DNA of 64,000 nt. It comes from Octopus bimaculoides (lineage: Eukaryota). Below the pieces are notes generated by a model. The model did no database searches. It was not told the origin of the DNA and was given only the letters and a program-made list of their open reading frames with translations. The translations under genes were made by a program, and so were the position numbers. Within the stretch, counting starts at the first letter, position 1, and each line of letters opens with the position of its first letter. The stretch spans positions 85,741,275 to 85,805,274 of the forward strand of contig NC_068981.1 of NCBI RefSeq assembly GCF_001194135.2. Reading direction: 5' to 3'. This document shows positions 63,375 to 64,000 of the stretch, piece by piece.

Positions 63375-64000
63375 TCTATATATATAAATAGCAATTTCTG
63401 TCTACCTGTCTGTCTGTTATCATCTTAGTGCTTAAAATACCGAACCAATATTCACTAAACTTTGCATACATGTTACACTAACATCCAGTTCAATAATAGG
63501 CTAATTGGATTTCAATAAAAATCTATAATAGACCCTCTAGGGAGAAGGCTGTAGCACGTGTTTACGAATCAGCTACGATAAGCTACGATACACGATAACG
63601 CCAGCTATAATACGCAGACTATTTGTTTTTGTATTTGTAAATCTATTTATCTAATTTATTTTACTCAGATGTATATTTGTTTGTTAAAATAATATAGGGA
63701 CATTCCTTATTCACCCACTAATCGAATTGATAGTTTGTAACACCTATTTCTAGCAATAAGTTATTACCATAATCGACGGGTTGGGCATAAAGACGGGAAC
63801 TGAACAGGAAACGGAATAGGACATGAAACAGTGTAATGGTAAACGGGAACTGGGGATAACCTCCGCTTTCCCAGTATTACTGGTCAGCTCATTAATTTTA
63901 CTCAGATGCACATTCGTTTGTTAAAATAATATAGGGACATTCCTTACTCATCCACTAATCGTATTAATAGTTTGTAATACCTATTTTTAGCAATAAACTA
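63375..64000 (+). mobile_element. Helitron-like element (5' end) with about 237-bp internal tandem units, running off the window
   Basis: A|TCTATATATATAAA...CTGTCTGTCTG start, inserted in a SINE microsatellite; repeated TTACTCAGATG...ATAGGGACATTCCTTA units near 63660 and 63897. Confidence 0.7.

Overview
AT-rich, microsatellite- and transposon-dense animal genomic DNA. The SINE, LINE and Helitron families look like those of a coleoid cephalopod, most likely Octopus; this is inferred from repeat character only. The single host gene is BRAP (BRCA1-associated protein, BRAP2/IMP E3 ligase) on the + strand. Twelve GT-AG coding exons from 1279 to 43409 splice in frame (1321 nt, about 439 aa plus stop) and encode the BRAP2 domain, RING-H2, ZnF-UBP, coiled coil and basic tail. 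The 5' exon(s) lie upstream of the window. The rest is transposon landscape: a near full-length decayed RTE LINE with many truncated copies, R4/Dong-type RLE LINEs, tRNA-derived SINEs, Helitrons, a pogo-like transposase relic and several MITE types. The strongest leads are (1) a C4HC3 PHD finger inserted inside the RTE reverse transcriptase in three copies of different ages, (2) a 1.33-kb foldback and several short hairpins, (3) a candidate alternative last exon of BRAP, (4) a (TAA)n-associated non-coding retroelement and (5) a decayed hammerhead ribozyme. All analysis was by eye; no searches were run. Six N-gaps limit interpretation.
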